Part shown: positions 45,727 through 59,098 of the stretch, in pieces
How positions within the stretch are numbered: the stretch's first letter is position 1
Layout: the number at the start of each line of letters is the position of its first letter
Source of the DNA: Klebsormidium nitens
Lineage: Eukaryota; Plantae; Klebsormidiophyceae
Direction of reading: 5' to 3'
NCBI GenBank assembly: GCA_000708835.1
Contig: DF236968.1
Span: 62,001-126,000, forward strand
DNA length: 64,000 nucleotides
The notes under the pieces: model-generated
What the model was told of the DNA's origin: nothing
Databases searched by the model: none
What the model saw: the letters and a program-made list of their open reading frames with translations, nothing else
Made by a program: the position numbers and the translations under genes

Positions 45727-46337
45727 TGTTTCTTGCAAAAGGTGCTTGAACGTTGGAAGAAGGATTTGCGATTCAATGCGAAAGTTTGCAGGGAGGTTTG
45801 CAGTTTGAAATTGAATGCTCTTGCGGCGTTCTTGCTTGAATTTATGCTCAAAGATGGTGAGATTTGAAGTCTGCAGGCTCAATGACACTGATGTTGATCA
45901 GTACTCAGTACTGTGGTCTGTGTGTGTTTGCCTTCCTCGTCGCGTCTCCTTCCCAAAGAGGATCCCGCGAAAACCTACAGCTGTCGGATATCCGCCACGT
46001 TGGAAAAAGTGCCAAGTAGGATTCGGCACTGGACAGGGAATCTGGTTACGCACTGATGTTGACATCAACAGACGGCCTGTGCAGCCGACACTTGGCAGTT
46101 CGACTCAACCTGTCGCACGGCGCCAGGTGCCAGTTGTGATTTCCATTACCGCCAACCACCATTAACGCGGACTGACTCGTAAGTCGTCTGCCGGATTTGT
46201 TCCAGCCCTCGACAGCTCGCGCTCTAGTTACAGCCGCAGCCAAAAAGTTCCTAGGCCAAAACCATGAATTAGGGCCCCCATTTCAATTTTCAGCTGGAGG
46301 ACTTGATTTCTCCACATTGGCGCAATTCCAGCAAGCT

Positions 46338-49300
46338 ATGGGCGAAGACGAGGGCCTTGCGTTGCAAAATGAGCTCCGAGAGCAGATCGAAGAGCAAAGG
46401 GCGAGCCTTCGGATGGTTAAAGACGCCAATGATGCTGTTCCCAGTGACGAATTGTCACAGGTGCGTACGCAAATCTGGCAAAAGTTGCATGAGATTGTCT
46501 GGATCTTCATCTATCATTTCGCAGGATGCTCACTGAGCTGAGCGGACTGTGAGTTATGTGGAACGTCGCAGCCAATGTGCCAATCAGAACTCTGTTTTCC
46601 AGTGCCACCTCTCCAATCTAAGTCAGCCTTTGTCATGGTGGTGTGTACATTGCCTGTGCATGAAAACTAGGCTGTTCCAAAAGTTCTTCTTCTCAAACGT
46701 TAGGCTGTGCATCAAATATCAGGTTGGGGAAGAACTTCCATGTCTGTTTCAAGCCTGGCTAAGCTGAAAGATCTATAGTGTCAGCGGTCCAGAGCACTCC
46801 TCACTTGGTGAAGGGACCGACCCCAAGAACGTTCGCGCTTGCTGACAGCCGCTGTTGCCTGCAGATGTTGGCGGACCTGGTGGCGTCTATTCACACCATG
46901 GAGAGCAGCCTGGCCCAGCTCTCAGCGACCACCGGTGCGAATACGGTCCTCCACACCGCTGCTCCCAACCCCGGGACATTCCCCGAAAGTCAAGGCAATC
47001 AACACGATCAAAATGCATTTTGGGAACTGAACGTAGATCGCAGTATGAGATCTGCAGCAGCTAGGAAAGTCATCGACCTTGAAGCACCGAATAAACCTGA
47101 AGCACCATTAGAGTTTGATAGTTGTCGAGAAAAAGCGGCACCGGAAGAAGCGGGGTTCTCAGGAAGAGAGATAGTTGAGTGGGCTGGGTTCAAGTTAGGC
47201 AATCGGTGCCGGTTTAGGGGGCAGGACAGGCGATGGCACAATGGGGTTATCTTGGAGTTTAGACACCCACAGTCGGTGAACGGGTCTCCGTCCAGGCGCT
47301 CGACGGTGGGGGCGCTCGTTGCGTATCTCACTCCAACGACGGTGCAAACGAAGCTGTGCTCGTTCTTTGCGCAACGGCGGTGTCGCTTTGGGGATGATTG
47401 CCGGTGAGCTGTTGTTAGATCTTCAAACAGTTGGGAGCTAAATTCAAAAAGATTCTCGGTTCTAAAAATAAAAAATCGAAAACGGGAATATAACCAGGCC
47501 CGCTCCATCGTTTCACAGGTTGCCAGATCTATTCGTTCGTTTAGTCTCCAGAAGGTTGCCATTGAGTGGGTGTGATTCGATTGAGGCTCAATAATGCGGC
47601 CTCCAATGGCCTCAGCTTCCACTTTGCCCAAAGTAGGCAAGGTTGATTCAAGTGCACGTCAACCTTGGTTTTTGCCGGGTCCATCTTGGGCTTTGTATAC
47701 TGGCGTTCCCCCTTCCCCCTCCGGTTTGATTGCGAGCCCCCAGGGGGTCTTTCCTCCAACTTGCCAAAAAGGACGTTTGAAAAGGACCTTTACAGAGTCC
47801 GTGTGCGTGCATGTAGTCAAGCCTGCAGAATTCAAGCTTGACAACCAACCGGTTCGATGTCTGATTGAGTTCCAACCGCTCTGATAGATTCTCCGACAGT
47901 CACCAATCCAAAGCGTCTGATCATCTACGGGTGATGCAACTTTCAAACCGCCTCAAATCGACCTCTTTCCAGGAGCTTTCACGGCTTCAGTGTGCGGGCT
48001 CATAGGCTGAGACCATACCAACCGCCAGACCCGGGCACTTTGTTGCCAGGAGAACGGGTGTTGGCTTTACGAAACGACACAGGACTGTGGGAGCCTGCAG
48101 AAATCGAGAAGATTGAAGGGGCTGGCGAAACCGTGGGGCTACAGGTTAGTTCTGGTCGCAGGCTTGCTGTTGTGGAAAAGTATTCTGGCAACTTGACACT
48201 GGAGACGCGAAAGGATCATCGTTGATAGAGGTCGAGAAGATTGACGAGCTTTTGCTGCAGCGTATTTTGATGAGCTCGGGGATCGCACTTCGCTCCGGAG
48301 GTAGGTTAGGAGGCGCAAAGAGAGTTAGGGCGTTGAATGTGAGGTGTTCTGTTACCGGATCAGGGGATTGTTTGTCGAGATCCGTCTTTTTGGCAATGGA
48401 GGAGCCACTACAGTAATCTTTCTTCTGAGACACTCATGTCTCAAGAGTTCATGAAGTCACCGTCGTTCCCCGGATTCCCCCCTTCTCAAGGATGTGTCAA
48501 ACAAAGCCTTGCCTTGGTCCGGACTGTCGTATCAGCCCCGTACTATGTTTTTCATTTGTTCGGTTGACATTGCGGCTTGTCGAGATATAGTGAAGCCGTG
48601 TCAATCAATTCACTTCAAATACCGAAACTCAGAATCGCGTTCCCGCTTCTTCTTTGCCAATACAACGTCACCAATTTCGGGCGCAGCATTGCTGAGACGT
48701 CGCCCATGATCTCTTGGTACGGAACTTCGCACATCCTCAGGAGCAAGAACAGCTAAAAAGAAGGGCAAGGTCTTACCTACACTTTTCTGCCCTGCACAGA
48801 TTGCTTTCGTCCGTGATGGCAAACGTGCAAGCGCCGGATTCGAAGCCATCGAAAGTCCGTCCGTCCCTACTCCGGAAGGCGCGTCCAGCGACAGCGACTC
48901 GGAAGCAGGCGTTTCTGGGAGCGCCGGAGACGCTGACCTCAGCGGGGACGAGGAAGAGAGCCCCCGGGGGGGCCTTGGCGACAGCGAGACGTCAGCAGGT
49001 GCGGACCAAGAGGCTAGATGATATCACTTTTTATTGGCTCGCGCAGTCACTCCCAAATAAAAAGTTGTGCAGCTCGGCTCTTCTCTTTGTTCTCATCAAG
49101 TGCGAGGAGGCCAAATCTTCCATATCCTTGTTGACCGAAGATTGCCCAATTCAAACGAGTTTCAGATAAGCCGTCAGCATTTTTCTCCTCTCAAAATGAA
49201 AATGTTCACAGTGAAATCACGGCCTTCGGATAATGAAGCCTTCGCTTCCCTTTCCAGGGGTGACGTCACGTGGGGTGGACTGCCGGGCCGACGCCGCCCT

Positions 49301-52300
49301 GATGACGTCAGCGGGGATTCAGGGTGAGGTTCGGTTGCTGGCGGGGTGGGAGGAACACACTCGGGGGGTGGCCAGCAAAATGATGGCGAGCATGGGGTTT
49401 GTGGCCGGGCGCGGGTTAGGTCGGGATAACCAGGGGATGGTTAACCCGCTGCCGGTGAAAGTGCTGCCGAAAAACGCGTCGTTGGACTTTGTTGGGGGGG
49501 AGCAGAACGGGGAGAAGGAGGGGGGGAGGAAGAAGAGCCGCGGCGGGGAGAAGAGGTAAGAAGGTTCTGAGCTTTCCGAGCTTTTTAATCGGCACCATCT
49601 TGTGGAGCATCCTGCCAGGTCGGCAAGGAAACCCTTGTAGATCATCTTTGGATGAATCGTTGGATAACCCTTTCTTAGAGCACAAGTCGCGGCGTCGATC
49701 CTTCAACAATGGAAAAAGCCTGTCAAACAACGAGTAGCCTGGTCGGATTTTTGCCTTCCGGCAAAACGGCTTTTCTTTTGAAGCCTGGTCTGTGTGACAC
49801 ACTGGTCGGGATTTGCCGCTGGGGGGCTTCAGGGAGGCGTCAGCGGCGGACAGATTTGCACAGCAGCTGTCTTGGGAGCCCAGCTGCACAATATGAAAGT
49901 GGTGGTTCGACATAAGTAGCTTCTTGTGACACTGATATTCACAAGTCGCGGGGAGCAGATTTCATCCGAGAAACCCCCGATGGACGCCAGCTCTTGCCCC
50001 ACCTCATGATGCTTTTGATTTAGTATTTGGGCAACATCGAAACCAAGCCTTTCGATACATTTTCGCAATGGAGAAAGTTTCTCCACCTCGCTTGACTGAA
50101 ACGTGTTCGCGATCCGTCCGCTCATTCCGCCCATGTTTTGTCGCAGCCGGAAACGGAAGGCCGCGCAGGCCGCCAGGGTTGCGCGCGCAGAGGACGGCTC
50201 GGAGGACGACATGTTCAGCTTGATCAACAAACAGCTGGCGGCGCCTCCCGCTGCGGCGTTGGGGAAGACGGCCGAGCACACGCGGAAGGTGCGGGCCCTT
50301 TTTTAATGAGGAATCGCTGTCGACTTCACGGGAACACTATCTTCTTGCTGGGTTGTTTGGAAAAATGATTGTCGAGTCGTGCGAATGTTTTTTGATCGAT
50401 GAGTGATTTGGAGGGACAACTGTCACTTTGAGAGGACAATGGCTGACGTGCATCTCCACATGGGCGTAGCATCTGTAGGTGAGGGCGTCAGTTTTTCCCC
50501 TTAAATCAGGCAAGTTTTGTGTTTCTTTTCGCAGGATTCTTACGTTCGTTAGCTTCAAAAGCATTTCAACAGCCCGTTCGAGATGATCCGCTTCCTCTCG
50601 CAGGACCCTGTCTAGCGGTGATTCGCCCCTGTTTTGTTTGGCCATGTCTCTCTTTCCTAACTTGATTTCGTTAAGAAAGCTCACTGCAGCAATGGGTGCG
50701 GCCCATGCAGGTGAAAAGCGGTTCTTCTGCCGGTAGCGATCGGCAGAAGCTACTGGCCCAGGGGGAAGATGTGAGCGCCGTTCCGCCCCCCTCGCGAAAC
50801 TTTCTGACTTCTATCGAGGTGTTGTGTTGCACGGCCTGTCCGCAGTATAGCTTTACTGCTTCTGTAGGTCTCATGGTTCCGGAAAATCCTATCAGTAGTA
50901 GTCATGTAAATAAATGTCTTGAAGAAAGCAGTCGATGCTCTATTCTTCGTTGCATGACCTTGCCTTACTGGCCGAATGCACATAGCCCTAACCTTTGACT
51001 GTTCTTGCTGTTCCGGTCCCCGGATGTAGACTTACACAAATTGTTCAAATTGTTTATGTGGAGTTGACAAACCTCGATTATGCGACTGAGCTTTAAGGGC
51101 TTCTCGGCCCAGTCGGACGCCGAAGGAAGCGGTTCCTGCTTAGCTGATTGGACTGGAGCCTGATCTGGCCTCAAAATATGAGAACGGTCGGAGAAAAGCC
51201 TTTTGCTTTTCGTGTTCGGCTGACGAGAGCCCCTTCCTTAGCGCTCTGATACCCGCCCAAGTCTCTGCGCAGAGCGATTCCGCCCTTTGTTGGCAATTGG
51301 GTTCCGGTTCCGCTGGACAACCTTGCTCGTTCCGTCCCTCGCAGGTCGAGGAGCTGCGGAAGCGGATCGCCAAGCTGCAGGAGATGGCGGACCGGAACCG
51401 GAAAGACCGGACGGTGTCTGCGGCCGTCCAACGGAAGGTCCGCCCACGCCCCCTTAAGCCCTCAGTTTGCCCGTCGGTTTCGATACGAGCCTTCCGGTGT
51501 CCGTTCCTGGTCCCCTCCGGAAACTTCCGGCCGTTGTCCAAATCTTTCTCTGTCAAGGCCCATCCGTCCCTTGTGAAAATGCATCCCTTTCCTCTCCGTT
51601 TTGTCCAAGGACACCTGTTCCTCTTCAAACCCTTCCGGTCCTTGCCTAAATCCGTCCGCTCTTTGTGACGTGTCCGAATCTTTCCGTCCGATCTGCGTCA
51701 ATCATCTATCCGCCTCCTTTCAAAGAATGCCGGTTATTTATATCCGCTCCAGTCGAACGCGTCCAAATTGCGTCCGCTTCCTGTCAAACCCGTTCGCTCG
51801 TCTCGCTATTTCGTCTCGCTTCGACACCTGGTTGCCTCCGTCCGAACGGCGTGAAGCCAACTTTTCGTCTGGCGTTCATCGGGCGATCGGACCGCTCAGA
51901 ACTTGCTCAGAACTTTCTGGGAAGAACTGGTTGGCAAGCTTTTCTGGACCCGACAGCTGATTTGAAATCCAGGAATGGATGTTTCGAACAGGTTGATGAT
52001 CTTCTTGTAAGAGTAAAGTCTGACAAGGAATCGAGGCACGGATTTCTGCACTAACGAACCTTTAGGCGGTAGTTCTTCGCCGCTTGTGAAATTCTTTCTG
52101 TCCAGCTTTTCGCTCTTGACAATGTTTCGTTGTGCTAGCCCGCGTCATCCCAGGAACTGTCGATCAGGATGCGGGGAACATCCTATGAGTCAAGCTGGTG
52201 AAGAAGAGAAGAAAATGACGTCGAATGTTGAGTAACAATTGGATCGAAGTTTCCAAAAAAGAGGGGTGACGAGCCGAGGAGGAGGTTGGAAGACACATCC

Positions 52301-52554
52301 AAATCTGGGCGAAGTATAACCTTTTTTCTGTTACCGCCTTCTCGTCCACCTCTGTGAGGACTCCAGCTACGCTACCGCAGCCGGCAAATAGTCGCGTCTC
52401 CTTCGGAAGAGCAGAACTAAGATGACTGTGCCGTCTGTTTGTGCTGCAGTTGGAAGAGACCCGGAACGCGCTTGCGACTGCAGAGGCGGCACACGAGAGC
52501 GCACATCGAGAGATCCATGAAAAGGAGAGGCACAAGAAGCTGCTGAAATGGTGA
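46338..52554 (+). CDS. ZGPAT: Zinc finger CCCH-type with G-patch domain protein (ZGPAT-like)
   Basis: Exons 46338-46460, 46865-47403, 47973-48144, 48800-48998, 49258-49555, 50147-50288, 50711-50770, 51345-51437 and 52450-52554. CCCH finger CSFFAQRRCRFGDDCRSFH, Tudor-like GNRCRFR..RRWHNG and GLWEPAEI, G-patch WEEHTRGVASKMMASMGFVAGRGLGRDNQG, C-terminal KERHKKLLKW. Confidence 0.92.
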
Positions 52555-54094
52555 CAAGAATGCGGAAACAGGCCCGTCTTAGTCATGGAGCTTGGAAAGG
52601 GTGACATCTCAGAACCGATTCTTGTTCGTTCAAGCGTATGTTGATTTGGTATGGTTGTCGACAGTGGCAGTCTGATTCTGATGGCCGTAGCTGGTTAAGG
52701 CGGCAGATGCAGACCAGAATCCGGTCCATGGATGTGTTCATGGCTGTTTCGTCAGAAATTGGTGTACCAAAGTAATGCAGGCTGCTGCAACTGCTCGGCC
52801 TCGTCCAACTGGCCTGCTGCAAATGTATGTCATACTTGCTTTTACGAAGCTAGCAACACCCAGCGGCAAGAATGACATGATTACCGACGGTAGCTTATGC
52901 GCTGTGCACTATCTCAGTGAAGAAAATTTGAAGATGACTGTAAAGTGCCATCTGAAGCCACCTCGATGCACAATCACTAGCTTAATTTGAGCTGGGTTGC
53001 GTACCAACTGCGATCTTTGCAATTCTTTGTGCATGTGCAGAGTCCAACTCGATTGTGCTCTTCATTTAAGCTCTAATGTGCATCAGTGTGTCAACTAGTA
53101 AGGTTAGGCCCGCCCTCAATGGCCTATCATTGTAGAGCAGATTAACGGAAATTAATGTGCGCAGGAAGCATACGAATGTCACATACTAGAACGCTTTAGA
53201 AATCCATCATTCATTCATTTGTCAACTGCACAGTGCACATGCTTATGCTCCCGGAAGAGCTGCAGAGCGCATCAATCACAACATGGTGCACGAAGTTGGA
53301 TGCACATGTTCAACCAGGGCACATATCTCATTAAGGACTAGCTTTTGACCCCATGCATCATGCAGGTTCCTTGCATCAGAATAAAAGCACAATGCAAACA
53401 TATGATTAGGAACATGAGGCATACTACGAGGAACATGAAGAAGCGGCCAGTATGGCATGATAAGCTGGGTGATTTTGACACGAACGTGCTGACTACAAAC
53501 TTTCTGCAACAGAACATGGGCAATAATCGCCATATACAAAGGCTCAAGACAACCTTGCACCATGTTGAAACAAGCATTTTGTTAGCAGACTTTGAATTAC
53601 CCACCGGATAGACCAGATAAGACCAGATAATGGGCATGGGCTTGTCTGAAATGATAGCTCTGACAACTTCCACATGCTGGCACCGAAACTGAGGAGGAGC
53701 TATGAAAGGAGAAGCTGTGATGCGCAGAAAAAGAATCAACTTCGATCAGTTAGCTTCTTGCGAGCGATAGGGCCAGAAGCCCAGGATTCTCAAAATTTCA
53801 CTTGCGTCCTGAGCTAGCCTGAAACCCCATGCGCGAGGTCAAAGAATGTCAAAATGTAAGTAGCAACTTCTTATCTACATGTCGAACCATGGAAGGTCCT
53901 GCAGTGCTGCTATGCTTCATGTTTCCATATCCTATCCTTCCAGTCTTCCAGTTTGTGTGGCAACTGCCCGTGAAAAAGCGCTTGGCCTTCCCTCCCCGCC
54001 TACGAGCCTTAATGTATGACTTATGTGACACAGTTTCTTCCGAACAGACGTATCCATCTCCAACCCCGGCCCCCCATCAATTCCAGATCGCCCC

Positions 54095-54421
54095 CTAATT
54101 TCTTACCATGGTTTCCCAGCAATTCAGACCGTCGAACTGCGGCGCAAACTGCAATTTACTCCGTCGACTGCTGGACGTGCTGCTGCTCCTCTGTTTCCTC
54201 TCAACACTCCCGCTTCTCCTTTGGCTCGTCTGCACACCCTCGGGACCCTCGCAAGATGACGCGCGCAGAAGGTGGAAGTAGTTTGATCCATCGCTCGTGC
54301 TAGGACTGCTCCCGGTCAGAAGTGCCGCCTCGTAGGAGCATGCTGCGACCAGGGCAGAGAGACCAACACTGCTCATACTCCAGGCTGCGAGGCGCGAAGC
54401 CATGACTGCTGCAAGAGGCAT
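54095..54421 (-). CDS. Small Ser-rich protein with C-terminal FAPQFDGLNCWETMV motif (plant uncharacterised small-protein family)
   Basis: Single 108-codon ORF (ATG at 54421 or 54403). The terminal motif resembles the FAPxFDGLxC(F/W)ET ending I recall from small plant proteins of unknown function. Confidence 0.6.
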   Translation of the reverse strand: MPLAAVMASRLAAWSMSSVGLSALVAACSYEAALLTGSSPSTSDGSNYFHLLRASSCEGPEGVQTSQRRSGSVERKQRSSSTSSSRRSKLQFAPQFDGLNCWETMVRN

Positions 54422-56265
54422 GGGGCTGAAACGACACCTGGGGAACGCTTGCGTTCGAAGAAGGACCTTTGAAGCACAAAAAGCTGAAGGAAATCTGCGC
54501 TTTGAAGAATTGGCAATTGGAATGAACTGCTGGAATGGCAGAAACTTGACCTCAACCTTGATAAGGGCGCCCTTCTGTCGAAAATCTTCTGGCCTTCAGT
54601 TAGAACTGCAACTCTGCCGCCCTTTCCAAGGAAACTGGCGTAGCTTTTGAACGCGGTCACCAGCTTTGAAAAGTCACTGCCCGCCCAAGTCAGCAATGAC
54701 AATGTGCGATCCGAGTGTGCAAGCAGTCATCCGATGTCCTGATCGAGCTAGCAGTTACTGCAATCCCCCTTGGATCTACCCCGAGTTCCACTCCAAGATT
54801 CTTCCTCAGCGTTACGCACTTTTTTGGCGCCTGGAGTCCAAACCGGCTTTTGTTGTAAAACCCTTCCTACAAATTTTGGGCCAAAATGAAATAAAACAAA
54901 GGGTTAATGAGGACCTAGTTACTGAGCCGTGTTGGTTTTAGTGTAGCGAGAGGCGTAACGCCATGCCGCGTTCGTCAGTTGGTCGGAGTGTGAACAGCCG
55001 CCCGCCTCCACTGATCAGTGATCTGTGACAATTGCTCGGATTCGCACCGGACACGGTATCTCCCGTTGACCGTTCAAACTGCACAACGGTCGCGCCACCA
55101 TCAGATTTTAGGGTCGTATCAGATGTAATGATTGGCCGTCGGCGTCGGTTGGACTCTCGAGGAGCATCGTGGCCGTTCACTCTTGAACTGCATACGTTGC
55201 TCAGCCATCCAGAGTTTGACGATTCGGGGGCCTTCTCGAATCTCGGGATACTTCGCAGCTTGACATCTGGCGGTGTGCTAGCCACCAGCTAGGGTCCCAT
55301 GCTGATGTGGCAAAATGACGCGCCAGATGGCAGTTTGATGCAGCACCAACGTTCACTTTTCGGTGCGCTTTTGTTCTCCGAAACTTCCGACGCCGGCTTC
55401 AATGAATCAGCCACTTGGCCTGATCAGGGAACATGCACTGCCATTCATGCGGAGTGCCCGCAATGGAGCTGCAAGTCCGGTTCCATTGGCATACCATGCG
55501 ACTTTGAGTTCCGCTGCATGTTCTACGTGCCTTGCAGGCGGTTGTGCATGGATGCTAGTCGGACATACCTTGATGAGGCGTGCCCCGTAATGCTTCTTAT
55601 CCAGAAAGTCTATCGAACTCTCTCTTTCTCAATCTCATAGGCTGATGTAACTGAAAGAGTGCGATTGGTACTGCGAAACGGTAGTAAGTTACGCACACAT
55701 GATGCTGCCTGTTCAGGGACTGTGCACACCATCATAAAAGCCATAAAATTAAGCTTTTTGATCTTCGTGCATTGGACATTTTGACATGCGGCTTGTGGTT
55801 GCTTGAAGCTTATCTATTAGGCCTGGCTGCCTTGCTTTTGTGTCTGGCATCATGAAAGCACACACGGATTATTTGTCTGACCGGAGATCTGCGGTTTTAT
55901 GTGCGCGCATCACTGACTGAAATCAGGGTGGAAAGAGCATGGCTCAAAGCAATTCCTACGAGCATGACTCGATTCAAACATCAAACCCCGGTGCCGGCTT
56001 TTTTTGTTTGAAAGCCGGATGAAGAAGACCGCGATTCACAACAGGTTACAAGCTACAGGTCCTAGTCGTCAGTACCTCGACAGGTGGGAGTAAGCATCTT
56101 GGAAACGAGTTCTCTGCCCTGAATTGCATGCAAGTTTTAGCTATTTTGCCCTAACCCTCCAAAGCCACAACCATATGCTTTAGGATCGAAACGGCTTTGC
56201 ATCGAAGAATACGCACACACAACTCATACAGGCATTTCAGATGTCATTTAAGCGTGTACTGATAT

Positions 56266-56631
56266 CTACCGTTTGTACTCCAGACTCCCTCGAATACTGC
56301 ACCCTCCCACCTGCATGATCATCGCATCAATCATGTCCCCATTCTCCAACCCGATCCCCCCCGGTGTGTCTTCTGGCTTTATTCTATCCCCGTCGATCAA
56401 GAACCTCACCGACTCGCGACTTACTGCCTTTTTGTCGCAATATGCATAGAACAATTTGCCGAATAGGGTCGAGGGCTTCACCTTGAATACTACCTCCGTA
56501 CCATCTTGCCCCTTCACAGTCAGCTCGATTGAGGCCTGCTTCTCTTTCTTGGCTGGACCGTCTTCGTTCTTGGGGGGCTCGTTTCGTGGCGTCTCGTTTG
56601 AACCCCCGGACGTTTCTGAAGGTGCTGCCAT
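56266..56631 (-). CDS. SUMO: Small ubiquitin-like modifier (SUMO), divergent and intronless
   Basis: IELTVKGQDGTEVVFKVKPSTLFGKLFYAYCDKKAVSRESVRFLIDGDRIKPEDTP..IGLENGDMIDAMIMQVGG followed by an 11-aa extension after the di-Gly. Confidence 0.9.
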   Translation of the reverse strand: MAAPSETSGGSNETPRNEPPKNEDGPAKKEKQASIELTVKGQDGTEVVFKVKPSTLFGKLFYAYCDKKAVSRESVRFLIDGDRIKPEDTPGGIGLENGDMIDAMIMQVGGCSIRGSLEYKR

Positions 56632-56899
56632 TCCTGGCCAATTTGATCGTAACCACTCGTCCGCTGGTGCGTCAAGAAGCCTCCCCGGAAAGGCTCACCG
56701 AGGACTGTCTCCCAAGTTGCAGACCCTGAAGGAGAGATACCGGAGGGACCGTTTATTCGAAGTGGTGAGGCACGAAAGCAGCTTGAGTGACTGAGCGACT
56801 CAAAAGAAGGCGACCAGCGGTTATTGCCATCGCCCTTTCAACATTTCCCATTCCCTGTTGATGCAAGCCAGCAGCGTCACAGTTCTATTTTTGGATTTC

Positions 56900-56906
56900 T
56901 ATTATA
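56900..56906 (-). promoter_or_regulatory. Possible TATA element upstream of SUMO
   Basis: Minus strand cTATAATAg about 270 nt upstream of the SUMO ATG; positional evidence only. Confidence 0.25.
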
Positions 56907-57560
56907 GAGGGCAGAGTCACCAGCTGTCCACCACGAAGGGCGCAGCGTCCAGACAAAAGATAACAGATCGCGAGAATATCAGCTGAACCAAAGCAGACAT
57001 ATCGCAAAGCAGGGAAAGCCGCTTACACCAGGCACAAATCTGGTATACGGAGAGTGCGTTGGATAAGAAAGACCTAAGCGGACACCAACCCGGAGTGAGG
57101 TGACACTCCTACGAAAAATATTTGCATCAAGAAGCGAAGGAAACGGGGTCGGCAGTGGGCCTGGCGAAGTAAACCCAACACAAGGAGAGGAACACCAATC
57201 GGCAGAGTCTCTGGAGGAAGAACCGTTTGACATCAACAGAAAGGAGGGTCGAAAGAGGACATGTTTGCCACAGTCTGCATAGAAACGAAAGTCCCCTCCA
57301 CACGCCAACAACCTGGAACAAGCCTTGATCGCCTCTATGCTCCAGCTCTTTAGGGATGCAAGATGTAGTACACACAACACCGTCATTGAAGAAAGAAGCT
57401 ATGAATCTGGTCGTCGGTGAAGAGGATACATGATAACCAGACGCCCCTCTTTAAACCAGCCAGGACCTTGGCCGCTCAGTCTTATAAAGCGAACAGGACA
57501 AGACGGTAAAGGATCTTGCATCCAGTTGGGTTCGACAAGCAGAGAGCATTTCGACTTACC

Positions 57561-59098
57561 TCATCGGCTGTCCACTTGCTGGGACGAATTCCTCTTCGAC
57601 CTGCTGACGTCAGGACCAATGTCTTTAGAACCTGCAGAGTTGGATGCTCGAAGTTTGGTCTTCTAAGAACCCGTTTTTTTACCCCTTGTCAGAACGCGGT
57701 TCAACCGCTTCTCAGTCTAAGTTTCGAAAGCTTCTCGAAAATGGTTTTTAATCCCGCTTTCGACATGTCTTTCACCACTTTCCGACGCTAACGCCTGCCG
57801 TTTTGACTCGTGTAGCATGGATGGGACGTCTCAGGTAGGCGAGAAGCCGTCACATGTTCCCCAGAAAGGTAATAAAGATTACAGAACTCTGTTCGCAGCA
57901 TGCTCAAAAAAAATGGCCGCTTGGTTGATGGCCCTTGGTTGAAATTTTGAAGGCACCACTGATAGCAATCTTCTGCAGGGGTCACATATGCAGCAGTCGT
58001 GATTCAACTTCAGGTACTATACTTAAGTCTTCTGACTTCATCTCTTTTTCATATTGAGTACTTTGTTCAAAAACTTTTCATGGCAAATTCGACTCACCTG
58101 AGTTTACGTAAGGCCCTCGGCCAACAGCATCAGGAGACAGAGGTCGATTGGAATCGCTCAGCGATGGAGTGCGCTTGCTGTAGGGTAGGATAAAATCCGT
58201 AAGCAAACACCGTCTAGTTCAAGATACTGGCCATTGAGCGCCACCACCTGATTTCGATCCCATGTTCTCTGTCTTTGCAAGGCTGAACTCAATCTTCGCA
58301 GAATGCAGCAAGTTTCTGTACCAGCCCAACCACCATGTTCTTATCACCGATCTTCTTTGCTCGTCCTTGTTCACAAAAGTCAATTGCTTTTTGGCCTTGC
58401 GAAAGTACGAACTTGCAAGAAATATCAGACAGAAGGGATTGAAGGACTTAGTATGTCCTTCAACAGCGATGAGCTGCAAGCTAACATATTGGGGATGCTT
58501 CCTGTTTTACATGAAAGCAACGACGACAGTTGCAGTCGAAATTCACGATGTTGGACCTGCTTGCAACTCAGATGTTGTCCTTATTAGCAAGCGGCACAGG
58601 GAACGACAATTGCTGTGCTGCGACTGTGATACTAAATATCTCACTGTCAACGCACGGCAGACCTTATACTTCAGGTCCGGCTGGTTGGTCTCGACAGCGG
58701 GACACCCTAAGCAACTTCCAATCAGAGGTAAAACATGTGACCGCCAATGAGTCTCCAATCCAATTGTTCTTGTACAATTAGTTCACAGCTTTGTACAATT
58801 AGTTCACAGCTTCGGACATTTTTTTTCCACAGCTGACTGCACATACTAAAAGTGACTGGCAAGAACTGACGACGTCTCGTTGCAAGCAGCAAAGGACTTT
58901 CAGCCAGATGCGACTTCGTCAGCAATACTGATTTGGGTGCACAATGTGTTCAAAACACTACATTGGTCTCAAGCACCCCGTACACATATGGTGACAGAGA
59001 TCAACTGACCTCAGAAAGAAGGGCAGGGACATGCCACCCACGGCAAACAGAATGAGGCCTCCTGCTATTAGCCCGTTGCTTGCCCGGCGGCTGCTCAT
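57561..59098 (-). CDS. Small single-TM mitochondrial-type protein, SMIM20/MITRAC7-like plant family, 79 aa
   Basis: Exons 59098-59010 (MSSRRASNGLIAGGLILFAVGGMSLPFFL), 58177-58098 (KRTPSLSDSNRPLSPDAVGRGPYVNS) and 57631-57561 (GSKDIGPD...). Phases are consistent, and RGPYVNSGSKDIGPD matches the family motif as I recall it. Confidence 0.75.

Noticed and set aside
51440-51960. tccgtcc/ttccgg-rich low-complexity tract in a ZGPAT intron
   Set aside because: No defined unit or periodicity could be established.
53276-53739. Hydrophobic 133-aa minus-strand ORF and overlapping plus-strand ORFs
   Set aside because: AT-rich sequence downstream of two convergent genes, with no motif or splice support; likely UTR or intergenic.
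54938-55640. ORFs of 75-115 aa upstream of the FAPxFDG-motif gene
   Set aside because: Non-ATG starts or no recognisable domain; no coherent exon chain.
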